A DNA stretch of 64,000 nucleotides from Felis catus (lineage: Eukaryota), in the NCBI RefSeq assembly GCF_018350175.1, contig NC_058373.1:108502001-108566000 (forward strand). The letters are read 5' to 3'. The notes below the pieces were generated by a model. The model was given only the letters and a program-made list of their open reading frames with translations. It was not told the DNA's origin and did not search any database. This document shows, piece after piece, positions 1 through 13,686 of this stretch; positions within the stretch are counted from its first letter, which is position 1, and the number at the start of each line of letters is the position of its first letter. The position numbers and the translations under genes were made by a program.

Positions 1-214
1 GCCACTTCTAAGACCTGCCATTCATATGACTGGCCTCCTCCCACGTATCTTATCCTCTACATCCCTGCTGGGGTCTTGAGGAAGGACAGTGTGGTGTGTA
101 TGTCTACAAGATGGAAAACCCACTATTGATGGGGGTTAAGTGTCATCTAGTATGTGGGCCTTTGAAAAACCATGTAAAAAGATCACATAGCAATCTTGGG
201 CTCTTGGGCCAATC

Positions 215-1060
215 CGTCATCCATTCAAAAATGTTTACTGAGTGCTTACCATGTCCAGTACTGTATAGGCAGAAGGGATGTAGGAAAGAACAAAACGGGT
301 GCTGCCTCTGCCCTCAAGAGCTTCCTGACTGGTAGAGGAGGGGAAACAATAGCAGACTAGGTACACAAAGGGAGAGAGAGAGTGATAGAGTTTGCTGTTG
401 GTTGAGAAGGGTCAGAGAATGTGTCTTTGAAGTGGTGATCAAACACAGAACAAGACTGGTGACATGTGGATAAGCAAGGGTTCCAGACAGAGGGAATGGC
501 ACATGCAGGCATCAAGAAGCGGGAAGGAGCTTGTTGTCAGGATGAGGAAAGGAGCCAGAAAGTCTGGAGTGTAGTGATGGGAGACCCAGCCACTTAAATT
601 TTTAATAGATGTCTCAAAATTAATATCCCCAGACTTGTCTCCCTAAATCTATTCTACCTGAAGCGTTCCCATCTTGGCTAAAGGAAATTTCATTCTTTTA
701 GTTGTGAAAAACCTTCGAAGTCATTTGTGACTTCTCTCCTTTCCACCTGAAATCCCATTGACTCTATCTTCAAACTATAACCAGAACCTAACTCTGCTGG
801 ATTAGTGAAATGACCTCCTAGTGGCCTTCCTGCTTTGCCCCTTACAGACTATTCCCAAAACAGGGGCCAAATGAGCCTTTTAAAACATAAGCCAGATCAC
901 GTCTCATTTCTGCTTAAGTCCCTCTTTTTTCGTAAACTCTGAGCAAAGTATGTCTGAAACCATGGAAAACAGAAGCCAGAGGAGGTCAGAAGGAACATGC
1001 ACTTGAAGGCATGAGAATAGGTATGATCACACCCCTACTTCTCTGTGCCAGGCCCTGTGC
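215..1060. mobile_element. Degraded L2 fragments
   Basis: catccattcaaaatgtttactgagtgcttaccatg and tttaaaacataagccagatcacgtc L2-like motifs. Confidence 0.5.
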
Positions 1061-2434
1061 TGGGGCCACAGAGTTGAGTGGGGGAAGATGTGCCCGTGTG
1101 AAAGAACTTTAAGGTAAAAATTCTTCCATTCATCAGTTACTTGTTGAGCATGTTTACATGTCAGACATTGGTCTATGCACCAGACTGAGTGATTTGTAAG
1201 GATTCAAAATGTGATGCGAGAGGCAAGCTCTGTAGTGATAGGTGTCTTGGTGGATGCTTCTGTAGAGACACAGAGGAGGGGCGATCCTTACCCCGGACTA
1301 AGCAAATATGTCGCTGTTGGATTATCATAAACCAGACAGCTGGGGCTATATGGTACCTATCAAAACCAGCTAGCCCTATAGTTTACAAATTGTGTTTCTT
1401 GAAAGCCCAGGGCTCTACCATGGCCTGGCAAATAGGATATTTTCCTACAGATGTGAAGAGTACTTAATTCCTTTTAACGTATTTTGTTGGGGTTTTGCTA
1501 AGAAGTTTTAGGAAATGATTTAAGATGTTGAGAAGAAATTGTGAGCTAAGTCTGATGCACTGGTTTCTGGTGGAGGTGTTTCTGGTGGTTCTGGGAGGCT
1601 GGCTCCCTTGCCCTCGCAGTGCCATTGCCCACTGCATGCTTCTTGAGTAAGAGTCAACATCCTGGCCTACTTTGCTCTTCTCCTCCCTATATGTCTGGTG
1701 TATAAATGTGGGTACTTTGGAAAAGCATGTGTGTGAATAAACAGGACCGAAAGCATAGTCTCTCCCCTAGGCTCACCTGGTGCGTGCAATGTCTCTGAGA
1801 TCCACAGTCAGTGCATTGGCTTTTTTTACGAAGCAGTCATAAAAGTGCTCATTTTCAGTGTAATTCATTTCCTCAGGGGGAAAAATGTAGCATCTGGCAT
1901 ATTGCTGACAACCCTAGGAAGCAGAACTAGGGGCCAAATATTCTATGTGGTAGTAGACAGTAGTGGTCATTTCTTTTTCTAGTGAAGACAAAGTGCCTCC
2001 TGTATTGCTACATTCATCAGGAAGCTGCAGAGAACAGAAACAAAACTCATGCCTAGAGTGGATGGGTTCCATAGAAACATTCAAGCACAAATTACACAGG
2101 AGGGAATTTTGGTCTATATTAAATGTATTATTAGCTCTTCACATATCTTAGAGGGTTTGATTTACACTGGTAATAACATCTTTGTCCGTTTTGTCTTTAG
2201 AGAGGAAATATTGAATGGAGACGGCTCTTGAAGCAACTATGTCAGCTAATAATGCAGGGAATCTCATCCATGACTGCGCTCCCCAGGCCCATTATCATTC
2301 ACACCAAGTGCGCCGTTAGTAATCTTTGGCAGCAGTCGAGATTGGGCCGCCATTTCACCAAACATAATATCGGCTTTCTGTAAGAGAGTAGTACAGCGTG
2401 GGCCAATGGACTCTTTGTTGTTCTTCCCCTCCAG

Positions 2435-2624
2435 AGTGGAGAGTCTCCGCTCAGCCCATCTGCAGTTTCTCACAGTGATAGTGCTTCATCCACGCAGTCG
2501 CTGTCTCATGGAGGGGCGCCAGAGCTGTTGGTGGGGCTGTCCTACAATGCCACAACGGGGCGATTATCTGTGCAAATGATCAAAGGCAGCCATTTCCGAA
2601 ACCTCGCTGTTAATAGAGCGCCTG
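2435..2624 (+). CDS. SYT16: Synaptotagmin-16, penultimate coding exon (linker and start of C2B)
   Basis: Acceptor ttcttcccctccag|AGT and donor CCTG|gtaagt. The 190 nt translate as SGESPLSPSAVSHSDSASSTQSLSHGGAPELLVGLSYNATTGRLSVQMIKGSHFRNLAVNRAP, matching recalled SYT16. The phase-1 end joins 19369 in frame (G|AT = D). Confidence 0.95.
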
Positions 2625-2959
2625 GTAAGTGCATGTCTGTACCCCCAGCTCTGGGCCTTCCAGAGGCAAGTAGAAGGCTGTGTTTGCTTTGGTGTTAATT
2701 CTTCAACTTTTTCAGAGAAATTATCCTGGTATGACTTAGACATTTTTTTACAAAGTGATACCTCTGGATATTGAAAATGCATTTCTATCTCATTAAATCG
2801 AAGGCTTCTTTGATATCTGGATATATCTTGATGCAAAATAGGCTGGCCTCTACATGTATATTGTCAAAGGGAAAAAAGTGGTATGTTTTCAGCAACATAA
2901 TGTGTATGGGCAATTAAAATCTGCTAATAGGCTCTAGGCCTGCAAATACCTTAAAGAGG

Positions 2960-3200
2960 CAGAGCATAGGCTTTGGAGTGAGGCAGATCTGGGGTCAAAT
3001 TCCAGCTCTATCCACTTACCCATTGGCTTTGCTATGATGCAGTACAATTTAATTCTTTTTTCTGAATCTCAGTAGACTCATCTGGAACAAAGGGATATTA
3101 ATAGTACCTTCCTCGTGGGTTGTTTTGGGGTTTAAATAAAATGATCTCTACGAAGCAGTTAGCAAAGTGCCTAACACAGTGAGCATACAAGAAATGTTAG
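2960..3200. mobile_element. MIR
   Basis: Core motifs ggctttggagt...caaattccagctct...ccacttac and tgcctaacacagtgagc. Confidence 0.75.
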
Positions 3201-5919
3201 TGGTTATGATGTTGACAGAGGAGGAGGTGGACGAGAAGGATTTTGGGCAATACAAATCTGATTTACCAAGAGAACTACCATTTTGGAGATTACCACTGGA
3301 AAGAGGGGCTCAAGACACTCCCATAGCCGAAGTCCTGGGTTTAGAAAGCCAGAATAAAAATACTGCTGGAAACAGCCACAACTGCCTATCAGTACCCAAG
3401 AAGTTGGAGATTGAGCATTGGAATAATGCTGCTAAAAATTAACTCTCCTTTCATGATTGTCAGCAAAAATAGCTTAAAAGAGGGCAGGAAGATGGTTTCT
3501 GCCTCACTTCTGCCCTCTAGATCTCATGCAAATACATATAACCAGAGGAACCTAATTTGTGTCTAGAATTCTAAGCCGCTAGAGAGTCTGAAAAATGTTG
3601 TTGAATTTCCAGCCTTTCAAGTTCAGAGGGTAAACTAGAAGGAGTAGAGTGGAGGGCTAGTGAGCCTGTCTGCCCCAGGGACTGGTGTCTTACTGAAATA
3701 AGGATGAAGTGGATAACAGAGTGGGAGACTGCAGGAGTCAGTCGAGGGACTCTAGCCTCACATGTGAGCATTAGGTGAGGAGCCAGCCAAGCTGGTAGAA
3801 AAGGGTCAGCTTCTGTAGCCAAATCTAGGCTCCTAGTCTTCTTAGTCTTTACCTGTGCTGCAGCTTTTAGTCAGTCTGTGTTAAACACCATTAGAACAAG
3901 CTACTAAGGAAAATCCAGTCCTCTGGACCACAAGAGAACTGGTCCTTAGGCCATATTTTGTGATGATGCTCCTAGCCACGTGAGAGCCACTTAAAATGCA
4001 TCATAGGTGCTGATTATTAGTTGCACAGCTAGTCTCTTTGCTAGACACAACTTTTTTTTTAATAGTTCTATCTGGGTTTACTGCTTTTCCTTTAGAGCTT
4101 TTGCCAGTTTCTTTCCCTATCCTCCTGAAATTTGGTGAGATCTGGACAATTACTTGGGAAGAACATGGTGGAGCTGCAGAGAATGATGGGGAAGTGAATC
4201 ACACAGTTATGACCTTTTCCAGTCCATGCTGGGAAGCTTTCAGCTGTGCAGAGGGTAGCAGTATGGTGGCAGAGAAAGCATCAGCTGGAGGCTAACAAAC
4301 TAAGGAGTGAATTCAGGCTCAGCCACTTACTAGCTGGGAGTTATTAAACTACCCTGAATCTCAGTTTCCTCGTCTGTAAAATGGGATTGTAATCACATAC
4401 ACTTTCTAGGTAGAAATACTACATAGAAAGCTGTGATGTTGAGGATGGTACTATGTATCATTATACATTTCTCTATAAAAGAAAACATGCCAGAGAGGAA
4501 ATTCTTATAACAAATATTTAAAACTGAATCGGGAAAAAAAAAGGCAAGTCCTAATTTAGAAACTGATCTTATTCCAGGAGTTTAAGTCAGTTTGGCATTT
4601 CCTACATGATTTTTCATAGACATGGTGTCACAACTTAATTTAAACCCTAACTAACATGCTGCATCTTTTTAACCAAAGTAATAGGAGACAATGTTGCTAT
4701 GACACTATTCATTAAACCAGAAACCCAGTAGTGAAGACAAAAGGTTTTTTATGTAGAATGCTGGTACTTGAGGAAAAGCCTGTTTCATTAGGAGGGGTTG
4801 AGAAAGTAGAAGGTTCCTTTGTGGAGATTGTAAAAGGGATCTCTTGGTACTTTCAAGGGCTTCAGATGTTGATGGCACTGGTTCTTCATGATGTCTCACT
4901 TTATGATGCCACACACTACTTTGGCAGTCATCAGGCAAGCTTAGGCTACATTTTTAGTTCCCATATGGAAGAAAATAAGAGAGAGAACAGGAGTTTTATG
5001 AGACAACTGAGCAAAGTTGGAACAAAGGGAGAGAAAAGAGGATGCAAGCTGGGGGTGGAGGGTGGCCGAGGGAGACTGCCAAGTGCGCTGTCCCCACAAG
5101 GCAGAGGGAGGGCGGGAGGTGCCACCAGAGCCCTGCATCAGAGGTCAGAGTCTGCCAGGAGGTGCTGCCTGCCAGGGCAGAGGCATGTGTGGGAATACTT
5201 GTGTGAGGGTCCTAAAACCCTGTGCGTGAGACTTTGGACTCAGGGACAGTTCCCTCTTCCAAAAAGAGGGAGCCTCAACCCTGCTTTACAGACTAGCTGT
5301 GATAATCGAAGAATGGTCCTCCAGGAAGCCTGAAAGAGAAGAGGTTGAGCCTGAATATTGGGAGCTTTTCTTCTCTGAATACTGAAGTTTCTAAATATTG
5401 CTGGAAGCTGGGAGAAAGACTGGGATTTAAAAGTGAGAATCTTTTGCCTCAAAATATATCATGAAACAAAAGATAACTTTGAACTTGCCAACTTGATCCA
5501 GTTGATGACTGTTATTTTAAACTTTCTTCCTAAGCAACATAGAGGAAAGATGGGCAAATAGTAGATGAATGTCCTCTTCTCTATTGGGGCCTTAGAAGAA
5601 ATAAACCACTGAAACGTAAGGCTCCCTTCTCAACTGCTGAGGTAAATCCTTGAGGGAGAGAAGTCAGAGAGGCAGGTTTTTTTTGCTTTCATGGGCAGGA
5701 GCTAGTGAGAGTATTCTTAGGTGTGAGTCTTCATGACACCTGCTAGAATGGCTGAAAGTAGTGTGGATTCCACTAAGTGCTGCTGAGGATGTGGAGAATA
5801 CTTTCTTCGTGGGAATGGAGCAACCACTTTGGGAAAAGTCCTGGAAGTTTCTTACACAACTAAATTTGCACTGAAAATCCAACAGTTCTATGTTTGGGCA
5901 TTTACCCGTACATTAAAAA

Positions 5920-6028
5920 AGAAGGAGAAGGAGAAGGAGAAGAAGAGGGAGAGGGAGAAGGAGAGAAGAGAGGAGAGAAGAGAGGAGAGAAGAGAGGAGA
6001 GAAGAGAGGAGAGAAGAGAGAAGAAAAG
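5920..6028. repeat. Purine-only compound microsatellite (GAAGGA)n/(GAGAAGAGAG)n
   Basis: Direct reading. Confidence 0.9.
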
Positions 6029-6246
6029 ACCTGGACAAGAATGTTTAGAGCAGATTCATTCATAATGATGAAAACTGCAAAGAGCCCTCATGTCCACATG
6101 AATGAATAAACAAGTTAAGATATATTTATATAGTGGAATACTATTCAACAACTAAAGAAGAATGAAATTAACATGGGATCTCCAAAACATACTGGATACC
6201 TACTACATGATTCCATTTATGGGGAGTTCTAAAGTAGGCAAAACTA

Positions 6247-6461
6247 GGGGCACCTGGGTGGCTCAGTCGGTTAAGTGTCTGACTTCAGCTCAAGTCATGA
6301 TCTCACGGTTCATGGTTCGAGCCCCACACTGGGCTCTGTGCTGACAGCTCAGAGCCTGGAGCCCGCTTCGGATTCTGTGTCTCCCTCTCTCTCTGCCCCT
6401 CCCCCGCTCATGCTCTGTCTCTCTCTGTCAAAAATAAACATTAAAAGATTTTTAAAAAATT
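6247..6461 (+). mobile_element. SINEC (felid tRNA-derived SINE)
   Basis: GGGGCACCTGGGTGGCTCAG head, CT tract, A tail, TSD TAGGCAAAACT. Confidence 0.95.
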
Positions 6462-6809
6462 AAATAGGCAAAACTCATCTATAGTGAAAACAAAAAGCAG
6501 AAGAGTGGTTGCCTGTCAAGATGAACTGGGCAGGGACGTGAAAGAATATTCCATGGTGATGAACATATTCTATATTTTGATGGGAGTATGGGTTAAATGG
6601 GTGTTTGCATTGGTCAGAATTTACTGGATGGTACTAAGCTTTGTTCATTTTACTGTGTGTAAATTGTACCTTAAAACAGAAAAAACAAAGTATTGAACTC
6701 TGGTTAGTTAAATGCATGCTGAAATGTTTAGGTACAGGTGAAGAGCAAGGTTGAATATGGCTAAGATGGATTGATGGGTAGATAAATGCAGATATGTGAG
6801 AAAGAAAAT

Positions 6810-7166
6810 TGTCTGAGTTTGGGCTACTACAACAAAAATACCGTAGACCAAGTGACTTCACAGAAATGTATTTTTCGCAGTTCTGGAGGGTGAAAAGTTC
6901 AAGATCAAAGTCCATCTGGTTCGGTTCCTGGTGAGAACCCCTCTGCCTACTTTGCAGACAGACACCTTCTTGCTGTATCCTCCCATGGCAGAGAAAGAAA
7001 TCATCTCTCTCATGTCTTTTCTTATAAGGGTACTATTCTCATTCATGACGGATCCACCTTCATGACCTAATTACCTCCAAAGGTCACACATCCAAATACC
7101 ATCACATTGGGGATTAAGGCTTCAGCATATGAATTTTGAGAGAATACACACATTCAGTCCATAACA
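6810..7166 (-). mobile_element. MaLR solo LTR (MLT1A-like)
   Basis: TG...CA termini, about 357 bp, cattcagtccataaca end and cagttctggagg...aagttcaagatcaa core. Confidence 0.8.
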
Positions 7167-8849
7167 CAAATAAAGCAAAATATAACAAATGAAGATCCTG
7201 GGCATAATGTGTATGGGTGCCCACTGCACAAATATTTCAAATTTTCAGTGTATTTGAATATTCTACAATATTGGGCAGAAAGCCTAGTCTGGTCTGTAAT
7301 AGTTCAGCTGGGTCAGGTGGGTCAAAATAAAATGTGAGCCTCAGCTTCTGTGTTTGAAATTACATTGTTGTTGGTTATGTTGATATCTCAAGGTCCAACC
7401 TTGTTCCCCTGACTCAACCTTGGACAGGATAGAGTACCAAGCACCTACACCTGAGGGCATCTTCCGTAACACCCTCCATAAACCACATCCATCCCAAGAG
7501 AAAGTATGTGGCTAAGGCACTACTTGATTTCCAACGTTAACCTTTTCTCTGTTCATCCAATAGGTAGATGGATGGGTGGACAGGTAGAGCTAACTAGCTA
7601 GCTAGCTAGGTTTGTATATCTATATTTACATCTATCTACATATCTTTTTCTATCTTTCTGGAAAATGCCCATGTTATAAATTGCTGGGTTTTTTTCCAAA
7701 TAATAGGTGGTCTAGGGATGATAAAATGGGCTATTTGAAAATCACTGAAACTATCCCATAGACCTCTTCAGAAACAACATATTAATGAAGTAAGAACATG
7801 AACTAATCTTAACAGTGTGGCAAGAATCATGCCAGGCATTTTCAAGGCAATACTTCATTTAGGATGTGTGGCCAGTGTTCAAAAATATTGTCATTATTGC
7901 TGTTAAGGTAGTATAGGCTAGTCTGCAACCTGATGGTAAGGAATAGTCTCTACATCTGTGCATGGAGGATGGTCCAGGTGAAAAAAAAGCAGTTTATAGC
8001 ATCTGGTGGACATAAGAAATCCTAATATGCATTTACAAATGATTTTGAAAAAGTTCCCATGGAGAATTAGAAACATTTGATTATCCTTCAAATTTGGCTT
8101 CATGGGAAAACAATTCACTAACAATTTAGCAGCTCTGTTCTGCCTGCCACCTAATTACTGCATGGCCTCAACATTTGACTTAACCTCTCTGAATTTCATT
8201 TCCTTCCCTATTAAATGAGGTTAACAAGCTGATGTTACTCATACAAGTGCTATGTTAAAAAATATATTAGCTATTCTGTTGTCAGGTTCTCTTTCTCCAA
8301 CTTTATTTTCACTTTGTCTCCTTCTACAGTGCATTACTGCATTGTGTGTATGTGTGTATATAGACACACATATAATGGTTCTTGTCAAAAACTATCATTA
8401 AGATGTCCCCTCCAGTTAAAAACAACAAGTTCCCAGCCTCTCAGCATGTGCATGATTAGCCACATGTGATAATTACATCCCAAATGATAATACTTACAGC
8501 AGCAGCATATTAACCTTGTTAGGCACTCACAATAGCAGAGACTAGAGCAAAGAAAAACAAAAAAGCATAGCAAGCCGCCTCATGTCGAGTGTGAAGAACA
8601 CGTGGGATACGGGGGTGGGAGGGGGTAAGCTATACAAATGGAGTACAAGGGAAAAAGGACTAAATGAAAATAAACAGATATGGAGCATACCACCTTCTTT
8701 TAAAGTTCTGGTGCCAGTTTCAGCTAAATATAGTGTTTATTAGTAACCACTATATGCTCAGAATTATGGCCAATTCAAATGAAGATTTATATATGGCACT
8801 AACTTAGTGCATAGGTGATATTCCTTTACTTAATTCCCACGATAATATT

Positions 8850-9161
8850 TTTAAATTTTTAATGTTTCTTTTTGAGAGAGAGAGAGAGAGAGAGAGCGAG
8901 AAAGAGCGAGCAAGCAGGAGTGGAGGAGGGGCAGAGAGCGAGGGAGGCACATAATGTGGAGCAGCCTCCAGGCTCTGAGCTGCCAGTAAAGAGCCGGATG
9001 AGAGTCTGGAACTCATGAACTGCGAGATCATGACCTGAGCGGAAGTTGGGTATTTAACCGACTGAGCCACCCAGGCGCCCCTTTAAAAAAAAATAATAAT
9101 GTTTATTTATTTTTGAGAGAGAGTTTTTACATTTTTTAAAATATTTATTTTTGAGAGAGAG
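8850..9161 (-). mobile_element. Full SINEC (8850-9082) plus two truncated SINEC tails (about 9090-9161)
   Basis: Reverse head ctgagccacccaggcgcccc. The cluster is flanked by AATTCCCAC(G/A)ATAATATT at 8832-8849 and 9162-9179. Confidence 0.9.
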
Positions 9162-11098
9162 AATTCCCACAATAATATTAAAGTTAGTCAGAAAATCTAG
9201 ACAGAAAAGCAACAAGGGGGAAATATGGTTACCATGGTATATGAATTATATCTCAATCAAACTGGGTTTTTTTGTTTATTTGTTTGTTTTTCATTGCTTT
9301 GTTTTTTTTAACCAAGTTACCTGCAGAAGAATGGCAGTAAGACTGAGGAAAGACTTCTCAACAGCAATGACAGAAGCCAGAGGACAAGGGGACATTATTA
9401 CCAAAGTCTCAAGAGAAAAACATTCTCAACTTAGTGTTCTGTTTGAGTGAAGGAAAAATAAAGATATTTTCCACAAAGTTTGAAAGAGTTTGTCACTGAA
9501 ATAACCACTAACTGATATATTTCAGGAAGAAAGATTGAACTTAGAAGGAAATAGTGAACTTTAGGAAAGAATAATGAACAAAAATTGGTGAACATATAGG
9601 TAAATATCAGCATGTATAAACTGCAAAAAATAAAACAACAGGAAAATTACTAATATATTTGGAGTATAACAGCAAATGGAAATAAAAATCTAGGTAGAAA
9701 TAACATGAAGGTTGAGAAGGGGAAGCAAAAATCAAAGAATTCTAAGATCCTTATATTGCTTAGAGGAGGGTAAAAATATTGATTAATTTTAGATATTAAA
9801 TCAAGGTACATGTTGAAATTTTAATCTAACTTTCAAATCAATAGAGGGAGTAAATTAGAATAAAGATAATTCAGTGGTTCCAATAGAAACCAGAAAAGGA
9901 TATTTAAAGGCATAGAAAGTGTAGAATAAAAAGCACAAACCGAAACTATAAAAATAAATCAAAAGATATGTGATATAATAAATGTAAAAGGACTACAATT
10001 GCTGTGTAAAAGATAGATATAACACTGGATTGTTTCTCTTGCTCCCAATCTCTCCCTGTTTCCCCTCTGCACATCTTGCCACTCACACTGTAGTTTATGT
10101 TGGGCCCACCTAGCCTCATAATGTATAAGGAAAAAAAATACTAATTACTAACACACTGAACTTGGCTCAAGAATACAAGAAGGATTTAACATTACGAAAA
10201 TATGCTTGTGTAGTTCACCATATTAACTGATTTATGAAAAGCCATTAGGATTATCTCAAGAGGTACAAAAGAAGCTTTTGATAAAATGCACTATCTATTA
10301 TTGATAAAATTTCCTGAGGGGGCTCCCTTCAGGAAATCTAGAAGTATAGACATCACAGGAAAAATGCTGAAATGGTCTGAGCTGTGTGTGCAAGAAAGGA
10401 GTGATTCTCATAAGGATAGTTGAACACATACGCAAAACCCCTACTTTGCCATCTGCTAATGCCTAGACACATGCCTCTGGAGACATGTGGCTCCCTTTTT
10501 CTTCTACCTTCCAGTCTCAGACAAGTAGCTTTCATTTGTGGGATCTTACTGGCAAAAGATTTAGGGAAGTGCAGTTTTAAGTTTTACACCCCTTTGGTAC
10601 AGGAAAGTGCTTAGAATGGTGGAAACAGTGTTAAATATCAACAACTAATATGCAATATGGAAGAGAACTTGCTAAACCTTGATAGTGGGCATTTAAAGAA
10701 AATCTGCACTAACTGTCATTCTTAATCCTGAAATCCTTTATTAAAGTCAGGAACAAAATAAGGATTTCCACTGGCATCACTTCTACTTGATATTAGACTG
10801 GAGGCTCAAGGCAATTCAGTAGAATAAGAAAAAGAAATACAAATTTAAAACATGAGAGGAAGAAACAAAGCTGCCATTATTTGTAAAAGTATGATTGTCT
10901 ACATTAGGAAAATCTACAAACTTAAACTAATAAGTTTTTCATACAAAACCAATTATTTTCTAATACATCAAGAGCAGTTAGAAAGTAGAGTTTTAAAACA
11001 CTGCTACCTATGACAGTAAGAAAATATCTAAGGTACCAAAGGATAACATTAACAAAAGAGAAGTAAGAAAATTATGGAAAAAAAATACAAAACTTTTT

Positions 11099-13686
11099 TT
11101 TTTTCACTTGAGTCATTTGGGTTTATTTGGTGGGCTCTTAAAGCAGATTATTTTTATTTTTATTTTTTTATTTTTTTTTAATTTTTTAAATTAAAAAAAA
11201 ATTTTTTTTTATATATGAAATTTATTGACAAATTGGTTTCCATACAACACCCAGTGCTCATCCCAAAAGGTGCCCTCCTCAATACCCATCACCCACCCTC
11301 TCCTCCCTCCCACCCCCCATCAACCCTCAGTTTGTTCTCAGTTTTTAACAGTCTCTTATGCTTTGGCTCTCTCCCACTCTAACCTCTTTTTTTTTTTTCC
11401 TTCCCCTCCCCCATGGGTTCCTGTTAAGTTTCTCAGGATCCACATAAGAGTGAAACCATATGGTATCTGTCTTTCTCTGTATGGCTTATTTCACTTAGCA
11501 TCACACTCTCCAGTTCCATCCACGTTGCTACAAAAGGCCATATTTCATTTTTTCTCATTGCCACGTAGTATTCCATTGTGTATATAAGCCACAATTTCTT
11601 TATCCATTCATCAGTTGATGGACATTTAGGCTCTTTCCGTAATTTGGCTATTGTTGAGAGTGCTGCTATGAACATTGGGGTACAAGTGGCCCTATGCATC
11701 AGTACTCCTGTATCCCTTGGATAAATTCCTAGCAGTGCTATTGCTGGGTGATAGGGTAGGTCTATTTTTAATTTTCTGAGGAACCTCCACACTGCTTTCC
11801 AGAGCGGCTACACCAATTTGCGTTCCCACCAACAGTGCAAGAGGGTTCCCGTTTCTCCACATCCTCTCCAGCATCTATAGTCTCGTGATTTGTTCATTTT
11901 GGCCACTCTGACTGGCGTGAGGTGATACCTGAGTGTGGTTTTGATTTGTATTTCCCTGATAAGGAGCGACGCTGAACATCTTTTCATGTGCCTGTTGGCC
12001 ATCCGGATGTCTTCTTTAGAGAAGTGTCTATTCATGTTTTCTGCCCATTTCTTCACTGGGTTATTTGTTTTTCGGGTGTGGAGTTTGGTGAGCTCTTTAT
12101 AGATTTTGGATACTAGCCCTTTGTCCGATATGTCATTTGCGAATATCTTTTCCCATTCCGTTGGTTGCCTTTTAGTTTTGTTGGTTGTTTCCTTTGCTGT
12201 GCAGAAGCTTTTTATCTTCATAAGGTCCCAGTAATTCACTTTTGCTTTTACTTCCCTTGCCTTTGGGGATGTGTCGAGTAAGAGATTGCTACGGCTGAGG
12301 TCAGAGAGGTCTTTTCCTGCTTTCTCCTCTAAGGTTTTGATGGTTTCCTGTCTCACATTTAGGTTCTTTATCCATTTTGAGTTTATTTTTGTGAATGGTG
12401 TGAGAAAGTGGTCTAGTTTCAACCTTCTGCATGTTGCTGTCCAGTTCTCCCAGCACCATTTGTTAAAGAGGCTGTCTTTTTTCCATTGGATGTTCTTTTC
12501 TGCTTTGTCAAAGATGAGTTGGCCATACGTTTGTGGGTCTAGTTCTGGGGTTTCTATTCTATTCCATTGGTCTATGTGTCTGTTTTTGTGCCAATACCAT
12601 GCTGTCTTGATGATGACAGCTTTGTAGTAGAGGCTAAAGTCTGGGATTGTGATGCCTCCTGCTTTGGTCTTCTTCTTCAAAATTCCTTTGGCTATTCGGG
12701 GCCTTTTGTGGTTCCATATGAATTTTAGGATTGCTTGTTCTAGTTTCGAGAAGAATGCTGGTGCAATTTTGATTGGGATTGCATTGAATGTGTAGATAGC
12801 TTTGGGTAGTATTGACATTTTGACAATATTTATTTTTCCAATCCATGAGCAGGGAATGTCTTTCCATTTCTTTAAATCTTCTTCAATTTCCTTCATAAGC
12901 TTTCTATAGTTTTCAGCATACAGATCCTTTACATCTTTGGTTAGATTTATTCCTAGGTATTTTATGCTTCTTGGTGCAATTGTGAATGGGATCAGTTTCT
13001 TTATTTGTCTTTCTGTTGCTTCATTGTTAGTGTATAAGAATGCAACTGATTTCTGTACATTGATTTTGTATCCTGCAACTTTGCTGAATTCCTGTATCAG
13101 TTCTAGCAGACTTTTGGTGGAGTCTATCGGATTTTCCATGTATAATATCATGTCATCTGCAAAAAGCGAAAGCTTGACTTCATCTTTGCCAATTTTGATA
13201 CCTTTGATTTCCTTTTGTTGTCTGATTGCTGATGCTAGAACTTCCAGCACTATGTTAAACAACAGCGGTGAGAGTGGGCATCCCTGTCGTGTTCCTGATC
13301 TCTGGGAAAAAGCTCTCAGTTTTTCCCCGTTGAGGATGATGTTAGCTGTGGGCTTTTCATAAATGGCTTTTATGATCTTTAAGTATGTTCCTTCTATCCC
13401 GACTTTCTCAAGGGTTTTTATTAAGAAAGGGTGCTGGATTTTGTCAAAGGCCTTTTCTGCATCGATTGACAGGATCATATGGTTCTTCTCTTTTTTTTTT
13501 TTTTTAATGTGATGTATCACATTGATTGATTTGCGAATGTTGAACCAGCCCTGCATCCCAGGAATGAATCCCACTTGATCATGGTGAATAATTCTTTTTA
13601 TATGCCATTGAATTCGATTTGCTAGTATCTTATTGAGAATTTTTGCATCCATATTCATCAGGGATATTGGCCTGTAGTTCTCTTTT
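11099..13686 (-). mobile_element. Young 5'-truncated felid L1 with 3' transduction
   Basis: ORF2 RT and C-terminal region, 3' UTR and AATAAA (tttatt 11221-11226), A-rich tail. TSD CAAAACTTTTT at 11088-11098 and 13687-13697. Confidence 0.97.
11433..13686 (-). pseudogene. L1 ORF2 fragment (reverse transcriptase and C-terminal region)
   Basis: ORF 11808-13658 has QGCPLSP and LFADD RT motifs. One in-frame TAG at 11808-11810 (KLV*PLWK), then the same frame continues as ORF 11433-11792. The endonuclease domain is absent (5' truncation). Confidence 0.95.

Larger units (their letters stand above)
6030..7270 (+). mobile_element. Old L1M 3' fragment interrupted by a SINEC and an MLT1
   Basis: L1 3' motifs (gtggaatactattcaac, tactacatgattccatttat, cattttactgtgtgtaaattgtacct). 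Confidence 0.7.

Noticed and set aside
2201..2379. Possible SYT16 poison cassette exon (tttag|...|gtaaga)
   Set aside because: It would leave only a 55-nt intron before 2435, shorter than usual for mammals.
4731..5333. 200-aa plus-strand ORF in the SYT16 intron
   Set aside because: GTG start, no recognisable domain or exon boundaries; likely chance.
5829..6109. Lys/Glu/Arg/Gly-rich ORFs
   Set aside because: Translation of a purine microsatellite.
12271..13362. Plus-strand ORFs of 118 and 141 aa
   Set aside because: Antisense shadows of L1 ORF2.
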